This document shows positions 49,574 through 64,000 of a DNA stretch of 64,000 nt, in pieces. The stretch is taken from NCBI GenBank assembly GCA_013239625.1, contig MU053792.1:532941-596940 (forward strand). Reading direction: 5' to 3'. The stretch comes from Lama guanicoe (taxonomy: Eukaryota). How positions within the stretch are numbered: position 1 is the stretch's first letter; each line of letters opens with the position of its first letter. Both the position numbers and the translations under genes were made by a program. Under the pieces are notes generated by a model that saw nothing but the letters and a program-made list of their open reading frames with translations, ran no database searches and was not told where the DNA came from.

Positions 49574-52500
49574 TAAAACATAAGTTGTAGCTAAATGAGA
49601 AGAGAATTCAGATGGGGCAATAGAGTCCCTTTCCTCTGTATTATTATTATTTATTGTTATTTTTTTAGAAAGATACTCATGATCTCCACAGTTGGCTGGT
49701 TACAGAGCAAATGAGAGTTAAAAACGAGATTTAATCCCAGGGATATTTAACTGGTATTTCTTTCTTTTCATTCCTTCCTCCTTCCCTCCCTCCTCCCACC
49801 CTCCCTCCTTATGTTCTTCCTTCTTCTTTTTTTCTTTATTGAAATTAATTCAAGTTACTTTCCCCTTTAGCATTTCAGTATTATGCCTACAGCCTGAATG
49901 CCAAATGAGTTAAAATTGTTCAGTCTAGTTTCTGATTTCTGTTTCTTTGGTTTTTATTTGCTTTTCACTTGAGTAAGTGTCTGTCTTGCTTTTGAAGAAG
50001 ACACATGCTCTCTTACACTGGTAAAGGCAATGGAAGCTTTGCTCGCGGTGAGAAAGAGAGGGGAGTGGTGGTGTGGAGGATATATGTTTGAGTCGGTTGG
50101 TTGACGCTGCAGATGATCTGGTGATGTCACTTGAGGCTGCCCTGCTCTTATATTCTGGGTTGTAAATGTCTGCTGCTATCAGGTAATGCATATATCCTGT
50201 GGATGTAACTCCACAAACCGTTATGTTGGTGGCAAATCATGTTAGTCTCCAATCGACTTGAATTCGCAAACCAACCCAGCTGGATCTATGTTATCCTACA
50301 GAATAAGGCTGAGATTGGGTGAGCTTACCTAATGCTATAATGAAATAGTTGTACAGTGCTCCCCAGCCAAAATACTGCATAACTTAATGCAAAAATGTCA
50401 TCAACTGTGTATTAATTTTAAAATCACTAAAATATATCAGTCAAAAGAGCATTTAGGTCACATATTCACTCTTGAGGGAAACACATTTTCCAAATATCTC
50501 CTCATTTTTACATGCTAATTTATTACTGTTTAAAATGTGTTAAGATAATGGTTATAATTTATGTAAGAAATATAGGACTAGTTTCTACGTAAAATTTTGC
50601 ACAACAGTAGTAAAGTGTTTAATCTGCATTGTATAATATTTTTATTATCTCAAGTTGAGTATATTTTAATTTTGAAAGTCCTCTTTCTGAGTACAAGCAA
50701 GTGTATACTGAACGAGCAAGTAAAATTGAAAATGAAGAGGTTTTATATGTCAGGAGGATATCTGTTTCATTAATTATTATAATTCATATATATTTGCCAT
50801 TAATTCATCTAACAGGTAACGTGATCACTTTTCCTTAATTTTTGGCATCTAATTACTACTTTATTTTAGAACTTGGTTTCTTAAGGAGGTTAAAGCATTT
50901 GACACTTTTTAAACTGCCACAGTTGTATTAAGTGGCAGGACTGCTGTAGTTCTCCTGAGCACTAATTAATTAAAAAAATCATTTGTTGCATTTAATAATA
51001 AAATCACTATTCATTATAATGATAATTATATCAGAATGGAGTTATTTTTAAGCAGACGTGCACATAAATTAGAGCTGGGTTTGTGGATAGTCATTTTTTA
51101 AAATTTCTTAAGTTACTAATTTTTGTTCTAAGTTTTGAAAGAGATGTCAACGTTTCAAATAGTTCTAAATATAAAATATTTTCCTTAGTATATGAATATT
51201 ATCTGTTCATTTAAATAGTTCTCTCATGTCTTTCTTGAGATCCTGTCGATGAAAACATTTCTAAGTTTAAAAATAATTCATGATTCAAATATATCTTGAA
51301 GGTACTTTTTCTACAGTAAATTACTACTCAAACATTAATTTTTATTATTGAATTTTGAAAGACTTTAAAAGTGGAGGTATATTAATTTTATTTTTACAAA
51401 GTAAGTTCTTAATTATTCTAAAGTTTGCCTTATGGCTTTCAGCTGTATAAACTATTAAGTGCTAATTCTTTCTTCCTCCATATCATTTGTTAATCTCATT
51501 TGGGATAATTTTAATCAGTATTATATTATTTATGTAATGAAAATATTATATAAAATAAAATCTTACTGGTAAGGAAAAGTAAACATGAGGAATTGATAAG
51601 AAGCTGTACATAGAATGAGAAAGTAGAAAAAGGTATAAAATATAGATAATATGCTATTTTTTAAAATGTTAGAACTGAGAAAATTGAAGCTAAGTAAACT
51701 AAGTTCACTTATTTTGATTCCAAGTGTAACACAATGTTAGTGATACCATGTTTTTCATAATCACATAGAACTGATTTGTATACATGTTTAAAATATTTTA
51801 AGGCATAAAGTGTAAATAAGGAAAAAACATTTTCTAGTGAAGAAAAGGAAATTTTTTTGACAAATGAGTATGCCAAATGTCCTTAAGGCAAATCTAAGCA
51901 GAATTTGGAAAAAATCAATGGTCAGAGAGCGTGGGTCAGGTGATTGGTGTTTGTTAAATGGACTGACCGAGAGCATGTACTAGTGTGATTTTCCAGTCTA
52001 ATTAAAGGTGAAACGTAAGCAGTAAGTATGAGGCAACCTCATATATCAAGCTCCATGCCTTTGGGTACAAAAGGATAAAAATAGTATTCTGGAGAATTAA
52101 CATGGAACTTATTTCTCATAGTGGTACAGACTGGATTTTTAAATTTTTCATGTCGGATTAAATATAAACGTCTAATATGTGTCTAGCTAGGTTTATTTTT
52201 AATATGATTTTCCTGCAGTGAATCCTTGTAAAACCACAGGATCTAGTGTCTTTTTGAATAAGGGCCACTAAAACAGGGTATGTTTATTTTATGGAATGTG
52301 TGCTTAAAGACGAAGAACGCAGATTAGGGAATAAAAGTATTATTGGTCATCTATTGGACAGATATAATTTAATGTTAGTTCTTTTACCTGGATATTAATT
52401 TCGCACTCTAAGAATACTTTGAGCAATCCAAACATTCTGTGTATAAAGTTTACACACTACAATCTATAAATCCGTTTAACTAAAATTTATCACTTTTGGT

Positions 52501-54369
52501 ATAAATCCCAAGTTGCTGGGGTGGAGAGAGGGGTGGGGGGATAATTTTGGTTTATCATTTTTTTGGAAATAATATTTGTGTAAGATTATATTAACATATT
52601 GTTCTCTTTTTAAACTATTCACATTGTTGAAAAATCACACTTTGCTAAATATAAAACTGAAATTACAAGAAATTCAGATTATATAAAATTATGACATATT
52701 TCAGTAACAAAATATAGTGTAATAAGTAGTCAGCTTTGAAAATGTAATTAAAGTTATATATTTCTTTATTGTAATCTGTACAAACTATGGAGTAGAGCAA
52801 AACAGATAATTTAAAAATAAATCCAACATGGGCAGTGTTCTTTAATAAAATATTATACAATCAACCCAAAATAGCTATCCTTGCAAACAAACATGCTACT
52901 TAAATTGGATATGTTCTTTGCAAAATATTTGAGACAACCCAAAAGCAGGCTGTGTTCTTATATTTTCCCCAAAGCTTTTTTAAATAAAGATATTTTGGTT
53001 TGGAGGATGATGTGTGTTAAGTAGGCCAAAAGTAATAACCAAAATACTGAAATAGACTATCAATCAAGTTTTCAAAAAGATAAAAATATAAGACATTACA
53101 ATTATTTACTTAGTCCAGTTACGTTAGAAATCCCGTAAAAGCAGCAGCCCTTTAATAAGGCCGTCCCTTTATAACATAATCCACAGACGTCTCGTTTCTG
53201 AAATGATTCTTTTAAATTTCAGATGCGCCACAGGAAATACATAATGAAATAGATCAAGTGTTCATGTATGTTACTTTGGTGAAATAATAAGATAATTTTG
53301 TGGAATATTTCCAACTTTTTTAACTTGTATAGGAAAGACCAACTCGTTAATACTTTTGTTTTATTATTTTTTAATAATGTGTTTATCTTACTCTTCTTTT
53401 CTGTTTAAAATCTGTCTATTCAGTGGTTTAAAACATGATGGATTGGAAAGTTGTAACAATCAAAAATAGAATGGATAACATATCCTAGTAGTGATGAAAA
53501 GTTTGTTCTTTTTTAAGTTAAATATTAGTCCTATTCGTGATGGCTTTATTTATAAACTCTCAAGTATCCAGATTGAGTGCTACTTGTAAAAGTAAGTTTG
53601 TACGTATGTTGGTATGTAAAATATACTTGTTTAATTAATCTGAATACATCGAAATGTGACACTCTATCCAGTAGACTCTGCAGGCATTTTAATTCAAACT
53701 TGTAGAATTTAAGGGTATTAAATAATACAATCTCTTGGCTTTAATTCAGCAGTGTTTATTATTGTACATTTTCCTCTCAAGGGACGTAAAGTCCTCAAAA
53801 GACATACTAAGAGTTTATTTTGGACTGATACAATAACCTTAAAAGTGCAAAAAATGCAATTCTGATGGTTTGACCTGCAAAGTTGTTAGTAGAAATACGT
53901 TAGGATTAAATACTGTTTGACTTCTGATTATTTTTAGAGAAATAAGTGACTTAACTCTATTGTGACTGTCATTAAGTTTTCTTTTAGTTTTATAATATTC
54001 TTTGTCTCATTTTTTGATTTTCCATCATAAGATTGATAACAAAGATGAGTCATATTCCTGTGGTTTGTCCCTTTCTTAAATGGTACCCAGTTTGCCTTGA
54101 TATATTTCAGAACTGTCACAGGATTAAGCTTTCATAAAACCGTTGAAAAACTCCCTAAACTTTTTTTTTCCCTTGTGGATTCTTCCAAGTGTTATTTCCC
54201 AAAAAGGAAACATTTTTACTTTCTGGCATTGGGAGATATGTATATATCTTATTTACAGAATTGTATTATAGTTCAGGAATTTAAAGTGAAAAACAAATGC
54301 CATACACCTTACACATAGTTTTTAAACTGCTTTGATATGCATGATTTTATGTGACCTCAAGCTAGTTTT

Positions 54370-54515
54370 AGAGTGAGACTGTCTGAGAAGATAATCATTA
54401 TTTTGTAGATAAGCCAACTCTGGCTCAAAGAAGTCACCTGACTTGCCAAAGACCATGTAGCTAATAAGCTATACAGCCAAAGTTTGAACCCAGGTCTTCC
54501 AACTACTGTCCTGGT
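54370..54515 (-). mobile_element. MIR SINE relic
   Basis: tgacttgccaaagaccatgtagctaataag..tttgaacccaggtc resembles the MIR core in reverse orientation. Confidence 0.6.
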
Positions 54516-54714
54516 ACTTCAGCCAGGAGACCATAGGGTGTGAAAAATACGTCTGTATTGAGATTACTTGAATTAAGAAAGAAAAAAGAATTTTTTTTTT
54601 CTGATGCAACGTTTTGAAGAAAATAGGGCAAGACGTTTCTGGGCAACTCACTCATTAATCAGATGACAGTGAGTGATGCAGCAAAGACTGAAGTCATACT
54701 GTATAATGAATTTG

Positions 54715-55960
54715 TTCATTCGGTCACTAGATAAGGTAATAGACACATCTCTTTATTCATTGAGCATATATGTATGAAGGGCAACTGTATTTATGACACT
54801 AGACTGGAAATGAAGATACAAAACCTTGTGAGTAGTTGCTGCCCTCAGGGAGCTAATAGTCCTGTGGGAAAGATGCACAAGCCAGTTGTCCCAGTGCAGT
54901 AAGACAGAGTATTGTGACAGAGGAACAGAGTGCTATGACAGAGATCAGCACAGGAAGGAGCATCAAACTTGGCACAGTGTCTGAGGGGAGATATCACCTG
55001 AGCTGGGTGTTAAGGCTCTGGTTGAGTTATTTGAAGCCCAGAGGAAGAAGTGTACCTGGCCAGGGGAGCAGTGCAAGACAAGGCACCAAGGTGTGGCAGG
55101 GCCAGGTGTGACTGAGCCACTCAATATGGTTGAGTCTGGCTGTAGCACTGAGTGTGAGGGGAAGGAGAGGTGTGCTGAGAGGCGAAGGTTTGTAGATCCA
55201 CAGAGGATCTCATTGCTGTTGTAAGGAGACTTTTCTGAATAAAAACAAGGGCCCATGAATGATTCAAAAACAACAGTGGCATGATCAGATTTATATTTTA
55301 CAAAGAACAGGATGATTTCAAGAAGGAGAACGTATTGCAAGGTGCCAAAAATGAAAAGAAAAAGACTAGTTAGTTGGGTTTTGAAGTAATAGAGTTTAGG
55401 ATGATAAATGCTTGGATAAAAGTAAGAGCATTACAGGGGGATAAAAGTACCTAGATGCAAGCATACAGAACTGTTGACAGACTCAGTGATGGATGGATGT
55501 CTTTGTGGGAAGGAGGGAAGGAAGAATGGGAAGAATTAAAGATGACTTCTTCAGTTTCTGGTCTGGATAAATGATTGGATGGTGGTGCCATCAGTTAGGA
55601 AGGAACACACAGAAGAAGGGGCAGATTTGAAGGGGAAAGGTGCGTTTAGCGTGGAAGTACTGATTTTGAGGAGTTTAAGAGACACCCGGGTGCAGCAGGA
55701 AGTTGGACGTGTGAGTCTGGAGCTGTTGGTCTCAGTCTGCACTGAAGAGAGACACTTGATAATGGCTGAAACCATGGGTGTGGGTGAAATCATCCAGAGA
55801 GAGCAAGAGCAGTGAAAAGGCTGCTGAGGACAAAATCCTAGGGGATACCAGCGCTTGAGGGACAGGGAGAGAAAAGGAAACTAAAGGAAATGGCTCAGAG
55901 GGCTCAGAGGAAAATGAGGCAAGAGTGATTTCATAGGAGCAATTTTAAGTCAGTAATGAT
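54715..55960 (-). mobile_element. L2 relic, antisense to GRIA4
   Basis: ttattcattgagc, tgccctcagggagct, gcatgatcagattta, aaagatgacttc..gtttctgg, gatggtggtgccat are L2 3'-region motifs. Confidence 0.7.
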
Positions 55961-57261
55961 CAACTTTGTCAGTTGCTGCAGAATTTAAATAATGAGTTGC
56001 AAGTATAATTGATCTTTAACATCAGTCTTTCTTTCTCTTTTCTTTAGTGTGTTTTTGTATTTGACCAGGAAAAAAAAATGTAGCGTTTATTAATACCACA
56101 TGTATTCTACTAATACATACTCTTTTGTGTATATTGGCTTAAAATAGCCTTATCTTTTACTAAGAGATAGGAGAGTCTTTTCTGGACTTTGGAACCAGGT
56201 GGGCTTCAATTTGCAACTTGATAGTGTGTAAATTAATTAACGCTTTTGAGCATCAGTTTCTTCATCTGTTAATAGGGACAAAACACATGAATTTTATGAT
56301 TATTAGAAAAGTGTTTGAAAGTACTCAGGAAATAATTATAACTCAATTAAATTTTGTTGTATTACATTTTCTGTGTCATATAGAACAATTTTTTCTGAAC
56401 CAAAGTTACCATTTTGAGTTATTTATATTTTCTGTTTGTATTTTGAAAAAGCAATTTATGTTTTGAATAAATATATTTTCTTAATATTTTATAGGAATTT
56501 TTGACCTCTCACTGAATTGTTAATTTTAACTTATTCACACGAATCTAAATGCATAGCTGTCAAAATTATTTCTAAGCCCTTTAAGAGGTTAATTTTGTCT
56601 GGGATCTGTGGGCCATTTGGAGACAGAATTGGTTCACAAATGGATTAAAAAGACTGATGAATTCTCCTAATTGTATGCAAAATTATGTGTTCCTGAGAAC
56701 AAATTGTGTGTGTCTGTGTGTATCTGTGTGTTTCCAGAGAGGCAGTCTGAACTTTTGGACAGCTTCTCAATGAATTCTAGTCATAAAAAAAGGCCCACAG
56801 CCCTAAAGGAGCTACACGTAAATTAGATAAACAAGTAGCACTTCATTCCCTACTTTCTTCATTTCAGAACCAATTCGATTTTATCCTTGAAACTAACCAG
56901 GAATTTTTCCGTAAACGCCATCTCCGGTAGCTTCTTCCTTATCATAGAAAATAACCAGTGTGTCCTAGCTGGAAAAAAAATGTTTGGCTTAGTCCCCTGC
57001 CTCTTAAGCTGTCATTATATTATTTTTCTTTCTTTTCTTACTATCAGAAGTTCTACTTATTTCACATCGGCTCCTTCTGTTTTTATCATGATTTACCTTT
57101 TCCCTTAACCATCACTACTCTTGCAACAGTGTTCTTGAAGGTCTTCGGTGACTTACAGATTAGTAAATCCCATTGTTCCTTGGTCCTCACTGTCTCTTTG
57201 TAGTTTGCAGGATTTGATATGACTGATAATTTCCTGTTCTTTGAAGCTCATTTCTCCTCTG

Positions 57262-57430
57262 ATAATAATAATAATAATAATAGCAAAATGGTGTGCTGAT
57301 ATGTGCCAAGGGTCTGTGTTAATTACCTCTATTCTTACACAACTCTGAGAAGCAGGAATCATTATTACTATTATTTTATATGTGGAGAAACTGAAGATTT
57401 GTAGTTAGGAAAATTTGCCTAACCACAAAG
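57262..57430 (-). mobile_element. MIR relic starting with an (AAT)n tract
   Basis: (aat)n agc, tatgtgccaag, acaactctgag, attttatatgtggagaaactga. Confidence 0.6.
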
Positions 57431-58499
57431 TGTGCAGGGTATCGCATCCTAAGATCCCTTTTGCCAGCCGTTCACGCAATAGTATGTTGGTGAGTACAGC
57501 AGGCACAAGATAGCCATCACTCGGTGTGACAGTAGCTAGATAACTCTTCATTTAAACAGCAAGATGTTTCTCTCAAAGTCACTTCCTTATTTTAACGATA
57601 TTCGTTGACCCCATTGAATATGTGTAGCATTTTACATTGGACACCGATTTTTCTATGTGATCTTTAATGCAACACAGAAATTTGAGAATTCTAAACGATG
57701 ATGCCCTCATTACTTTACGCTGCCAAATTCATGTTGTAAATACCACCGGTGTAAAAATGACCAAGTAAACCTTTGTATGTTATACACATAGCGTTGGATA
57801 CCTCATTAGGTGGCCAACCTGTGTAACTTTTATAGGAATGATATCTGATTTCAGAGTAACTACAGCTATTTGAAACATATTTTCTCCAGTGTTTTATTTT
57901 AAGACTTGCTTAGCCGTCAGCATTTTCTTTCAGATTTTCCTTTACATGCTTTTGGATTCCAATAAACAGAGTGAGGACTGCCTTAAAGAGTACCGCTCTA
58001 AGTCAAAATTGCTAGTCTTTATAGCATCTTTGCTCACCTCCAACTTAACAAAACGAATAGTGCCATAAATAAAAAGTTCAATGTTATCTTAGAAACAAAA
58101 GGTAAAAAAAAATGGGATTTAGTACTTTCTTTGAATAAGCCACTGTATTTCTCCAGCTACAGCAAAAATTACACCTTAACTTGTAATCAGTGTTTGCTTA
58201 CTTTTGTTGCTTATATGCTTATTCTAAAATAAGCAGCTTTTCATCAGTGACTTTAAATTTTATGCCCTATATTCTGTTTTACCTATATTTCTTATTTTTA
58301 ACTGACATATACTTATGAAAATTTCAAATAATTTAGAAATCTTAAAAAGCCAAAATATTTTGCAATTTCGCCATGTAGAGATAATCACAGTAAACAAGGG
58401 TTATAGACCTTTCCAAAATTCTTTTTTTGTCTGTATAGACCTAGAGAGATAGAGTACAATAAACATGATAGTAATATATATCTAAATAAAAGGTTTTAA

Positions 58500-59350
58500 T
58501 AAAAATGATGCTAGTGTATAGCTCTATTTTATTAATGGTTTATTTTATTTACCATAAAAAGTTTTGTCAATATGTAAGAGCACTCTCATTTTATTTTACG
58601 GCCACATAATGTCATTGTGCAAAGTTACTATGACAGATGTGCTTAGCACACTCTGGACCAACATTTAGGTTGTTGTCCACATTTTTCATATTACGAGCAG
58701 ATCAGCAGTAAAACTATTTGAGCACCCGTGTGAATATTCCTGTAGGATTAATTCCCGGAAATGAAATCGCTATTTCAAATAATGGGGCTTTCTGCTTTTT
58801 AGTACATATTGTCAGTTTCTTCTCAAACGCAAAATATGATTTAAATTGATAACCACTAAGATGTGAGAATAATTGTTTTTCTATGACTTGCTAACACTAG
58901 TCATTATCAGTCTCTTGAATCTTCACTTGTCCTGATGGAGTAAAACTGACATCTAATTGCTGCTTTAATTTGCATATTTTTGATTAATAGTGAGGCTGAT
59001 AATATTTTCCTGTAAGACCGAGTATATCTTTCTGGGTGAACTGCTGTTCTTTTCCTTTGCCAATGTTTTCTTCTTTATTTGTGGGAATGTTTTACAGACT
59101 ATAGAAATTAACCCTTTGTCATGTATGTTGCAGACTATTTTTCTACTGTGCTTTTGGCTTCCAGCTGCGTTTTTGATGCCTTTTACCATACAGACATTTT
59201 AAATTTTTACGTAGTCAAATCTTTGAGTCATTTTCCTTATGGCTCCTGGGTTTCATGCTATGCTTATAAAGGTATTTCTATCCTTAAAACTATAAAGCAT
59301 TCTCTCACATTTTTCTAGTATACCTGTATGGTTTTACATTTTATATCTAT
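58500..59350 (-). mobile_element. Very old L1 (L1ME-like) 3' fragment
   Basis: Minus-strand ORF 58965-59189 resembles a decayed ORF2 C-terminus (DKGLISIVCK); tttaatttgcatatttttgatt motif. Confidence 0.55.
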
Positions 59351-59689
59351 AATAGTAACTCTTTGGAATGTATTTTCTTACATTAAAGGAATGGACCTTT
59401 AATTTTTTCTGCACTGTTTGTTTAAATAAGTTATTCTTTTACAACCACTTTGAATTGATACATTTGTGCAAATCTCCTGCAATTGTGACTGAATTTGAGC
59501 TTGAGCAGAAATTTTACCTGCATTTTACCTCTTGTAAGTTCTCCTGTTTACTGTTCGTCATCTACCTTTTCTGACAGTCCCTATGGTAATATTGCTAGTT
59601 TTGATATTTTTATTATCTGCTTTCTTGTTCTTTCTATTACTTCCTGGGGTTTTTTTTTTTTGCCCTGTTTGTCACTTACCATCTGACCA

Positions 59690-60955
59690 CGTCTTCTTGT
59701 ATCTATATCCAGAGTACATTACAGATATTTCCACCTTTGTACATTGCTCTCCCTCTCTTCTGGGAAAAGTCAATGGTGCTTTTCTAACAATTTCTTATTT
59801 AATCTTCTGCTTCTCCTCTTTACCTCTCCTCGTCCGCTTTACATAATGGAGCCAGTGGTTCCCTTCAGAATTGAAATCAGCGACTGTTTCCTTATTACTC
59901 AAAACCCTCCAGTGGGTTTTCATTCTCAGACTAAAATTGCAGCTCTTTTTTTTTTAATTGAAATATAGTCAGTTTACAATGTTGTGCCAATTTCTCATGT
60001 ACAGCATGATTCTTCAGTCATACATGAATATACATATATTCATTTTCATATTCTTTTTCACCATGAGCTACTACAAGATCTTGTATATATTTCCCTGTGC
60101 TATACAGTACAAACTTGTTTATTTTATATATACCAGTCAGTATCTGCAAATCTCCAACTCCCAGTTTATCCTTTCCCATCCCCTTCCCCCCTGGCAACCA
60201 CAAGTCTGTATTCTATGTCTGTGAGTCTGTTTCTGTTTTATGTATAAGTTCATTTGTCTTTTTCTTTTTAGATTCCACATATGAATGATCTCATATGGTA
60301 TTTTTCTTTCTCTTTCTCGCTTACTTCACTTAGAATGACATTCTCCAGGGCCATCCATGTTGCTGGAAATGGCATTATTTTATCATTTTTATGGCTGAAT
60401 AGTATTCCATTGTGTAAATATACCACAACTTCTTAAAACTGCAACTCTTTAACATGCTGATTCTAAGTATGATCTGACTTCTGCCCATCTTTTTGCCTTG
60501 TTCACCATGCTGGAGTCCGCTCAGTCTTTTTTTTTTTTAACATGCTTTAACCTTCGCTTTTTTTTCTCTATGCTTTTATACTTTCCACTCCCCCTGCTAT
60601 TTTTTTTTAATCCTCAAATCTAGTTATTTGCTGGACTAGCTTTTTCTGAATCTTCAGGACTCAGGTCAAAGTCATCACTTAAGAGAAACCTTCCTCACCA
60701 GCCTCTCTACAGTCAGCTCTCCCACTCCCAAACTCCAATTACTCTAGATTGTCTTACCAACCTATGATCATCTTTACTTTGAACACATTCTGTAATTATT
60801 ATTTTCATTTGTTTGCCTGTTTATTATCTATATTCTATAAATTCCCAGAACCAGGGGTTTTACCTGTCTTGTTAAACAATAGATCCACATAACCTCACAA
60901 AATACCAGGTACAAAGTAAGAATAAGTAAGTGTCTTTGAATATGTGAGTGAATAA
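59690..60955 (+). mobile_element. L2 relic interrupted by a young L1
   Basis: ctcaaaaccctccagtgg, gaaaccttcct and terminal tgaatatgtgagtgaa motifs. Confidence 0.5.
59949..60433 (-). mobile_element. Young 5'-truncated L1 (~485 bp) in the GRIA4 intron, antisense
   Basis: Poly(T) then L1 3'UTR. TSD taaaattgcagctcttt (59932-59948) vs taaaactgcaactcttt (60434-60450), followed by aa. Confidence 0.92.
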
Positions 60956-63900
60956 TATGTGATGAGTTTTCTCTTCACTCATCCTTGGGTCGTCCTTAGA
61001 ATAGCTGAGACTCTTCGTGTGTTATCTTAGAGAAAACTGAGCAGATGATCTAAAGACAATGAGGTAGTAAATCCAAAATAAATGTTCTGTGTTTTCCTTT
61101 TCGTAAGCTTTTTTTCCTCACTTGTTTCCATCAGATTCAGTTTGTGGCATGGGCTAAGTAAGGAGGAAGAAAGTGGGACTGTTCGTGCAAATTGATGTCC
61201 ATTGTGCTGGCCAGATAGCACTTTGATAAATTTCAATTTGCTAGAAGAGAACGTCTAGGTACTTGTAACATGTGGTGTCTGCTGACAAAAGAACTAGAAA
61301 ATGCTGAGACAACCTGCTTTCAAAGCAGGAGAACGCCTGTGTGGGAAGCCCACGTGTAACCAGTATCTGTTCAGACATTGCTTCCTTAGCACTTCGAGTT
61401 CATGAAACTAGAAGACTTGTGGGAAAAGGAAGGTGAAGTCAAAGGTGTAGGGAAAACCTGTCAATTCTTAATTATCCACATTGCATCTTCAATGGTAAAT
61501 TTCACATTTCTCTAACCCTTTATCCCTCACTCTTTTGAAATTAGTTTATCCTTGTTTGAATTACTGAATTTTAAACTATGTATATAATCTTACCTCACAA
61601 ATTTGAGAGGCATTTCACTACTTCTCTGCTCCAGAGATTGGGAATCAAGAGAAATAGCTTTTTTCTTTGAAAAATGTGCACGCTTGCTTTTTTTTTGATG
61701 GAAAACTCGTAAGTCAAAATGTTTCCCTTTTTTGCTCTACTAACCGAGGAGCTCAGTCTCACACTTACTGATCAGTAACAACTTCAATCCTCATTCAAAA
61801 TATTTACTTTATTGTTATATCTCTGATTTTTAAAAATTCATATATCTAATATAAATAATAAATGAATATTATATGTGATATAAACATTGTGTTTTATATA
61901 AATATACCTTGTAAGACTATGCACATTATTTTAGGAAAGAAGCATACAGGTACAGTGGCTATAAATAAAAAGTCTAGATGAGATTTCTTTCAACACAGGT
62001 GTTGGTCAGCTTTTGCTGACAGATTATCTATCTATCTATCATCTTCCCAAACATACACAAAATACAGAGAGGACCTAGTTCTGGCATTCTGAATATCCCC
62101 TGGATTTATCATAATTTGATGACAATGTATTGACCTGAATTAACCCCATCTTGCCATGATCTGTCAAGAATTAAACCACGTTTTTGACACTTGTGATCAT
62201 TGGTCTGACGTGATCTGTCCAGGTGGGAATATTAATTCTGATTTTTAGGCATCATACGTGTAAAGTGTAGGCCAAGATGATTTGAGTTTTAAGTAGTGAG
62301 TTATAGCATTCTGTTCTTGTTGAATTCATGGTCAATTAAAACTTAACACTTTGCTCTTTTTTCCACATGAGTTGTTACAAATTGACCTCTCCATAGGGAT
62401 TTCTGTAAAATTCAGAAATGAAAGATTTAACATGTACACTTGTAAATTTCAGTTTGTTTGGAATCGTCAAGACCATTTTGAGCCTTACTTTGATTACCTG
62501 TAAACTGCTTGAAATTCCATGTGACTTTTACTGTATGGTTATCCATATTGATGATTACAGTTAAGATCAGGCTGTGACACAGGGCAGATGCAAGACAATC
62601 CCAGATCACAAACCAGTATGCTCGTCAGGTGTGTGTGGTCAGGTAAATACGAATTCTCCTAAAATAATTTATTTGATCGAGTTCTCCATCTTGTTCATAA
62701 AGATTGTCATTTCAGCGCAGCTGTCCTTTTCTTTAACATCAAAACAAAAAGACCGTCAAATTTAATTGAAAAAGAGAATTTTCAATTCTAAGATGTCTGG
62801 GGCTTTTGAAATTGGTATAATGCTTTTGAAAATCAATTTGTCACAATTTATCAAAAGCATTAAAAACTGTGAAGCATTTGAACTCATGAATACAGTCAAG
62901 TATCTATCTAGTCATGAAAGTGCTCTTTAAGCATCACTTAGCAGTGTTTAGTTGGGGAATGGTCAAATTAATCAAACTTCAGCCAGACAGTCTGAGGAAG
63001 AATATCAATTATGACAGCCCTCTACCTGACCTGTCCCAACAGTTCTGAGTTCAAGAATCTTTTTCTATGTATGTAGAGACTCTTTATATTTTTTTCTTTC
63101 TTTGTGTTATCTCATTTCGTTTTCTTACAGAAGAACCAGTGTCATAATAGGAAATAAAAAGTGTTCTAGTCAGATGTAAAACAGTTATTCTCAAAAGGCA
63201 ATAATGATTTATGAGTCATAGAGCTATTTGAATGATTTTTTAAAAGGCATCGCTTGTTTAGAGGACATAGATCTTCCACACCAGTCCTGGATGACAGCCA
63301 GGTAAACATAGGTACATGATTTGTTCTGGCAATAGTATATCTTACGGTTCTGTGCAGATATTTTGAAATTGTAGCCAATGAATGATGTGAAAAATCACTG
63401 TTGTTGATTTTGCCCTCCCTCTTCCACACTCCCTCCCCCTTGCTTCTCATCCTCCCAAGCACAGAAGATATTGGAGGGGGATTCAGAAATAATGTGATAA
63501 TCCACTTGGGTCTGAAAGATGGGTGAGATTTTACCATTCTGTAAAAGAGAGAAAAATAGTTGAGACAGACAAAAGAGCATCATAAAAAAAAGGTATAAAA
63601 CTGTGTGGACAGCTTTAGGGAGCAGAAATGCGGCAGGAAAATGGAGGCAGGGATGGGGGGATGGAGTGGCAGTTTGAGAGGAGGGTGCAGACAGCACTGC
63701 AGATGTAGAGAGGAGCCTTGCAAATTGCCTTCTAAGCAAAGATAAGGATTTCGTTTTCTTATTCTGGGCCAGAAGACAACAAGACTCATTTTAAGCAGTT
63801 TATAACATAATTATATTTGTGTTTTAGGAAGAATTCTAGCACCACTGTTTATCATTCATGTGTACAGCTAAACGTGGCTCCTTTTCCATACCAACTACAC

Positions 63901-64000
63901 TAGGAAATCGTTCCCTAGAGAAGAAATGCTTTCTTGCTACTTTAGTTGCTGTTTGTTGAGCCCATTATTGTATGTAATTCTGCTCACTATTTTCCATCAA

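Noticed and set aside
57436..57820. CpG-retaining block with cagggt...aacctg ends, a possible hAT-type DNA transposon relic
   Set aside because: The terminal repeats are too imperfect and no 8-bp TSD was found.

Overview
Mammalian genomic DNA, AT-rich and L1-rich. The young L1 3' ends look cetartiodactyl, possibly camelid; this is a recollection, not a database result. The only protein-coding gene I can support is the 5' end of GRIA4 (AMPA receptor subunit GluA4) on the + strand: a CpG-island promoter, a non-coding exon 1 (~47227-47581), coding exons at 48046-48219 (ATG 48132) and 49410-49568, then a long intron running off the window. The upstream 47 kb is intergenic and dominated by retroelements: three long but decayed and internally deleted L1s, several short 5'-truncated young L1 ends with target-site duplications (TSDs), one twin-primed inverted L1, two solo LTRs and old L1M/L2/MIR relics. 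Nearly all listed ORFs are L1 fragments or chance ORFs. I found no evidence of a new multi-gene system. The most notable observations are a very recent ~1.9 kb tandem duplication that copies an L1 5' end, a young L1 fragment ~270 bp upstream of the GRIA4 start region, and candidate translational and splicing controls in the GRIA4 leader. Repeat boundaries are approximate unless TSDs are quoted, and subfamily names are by eye.
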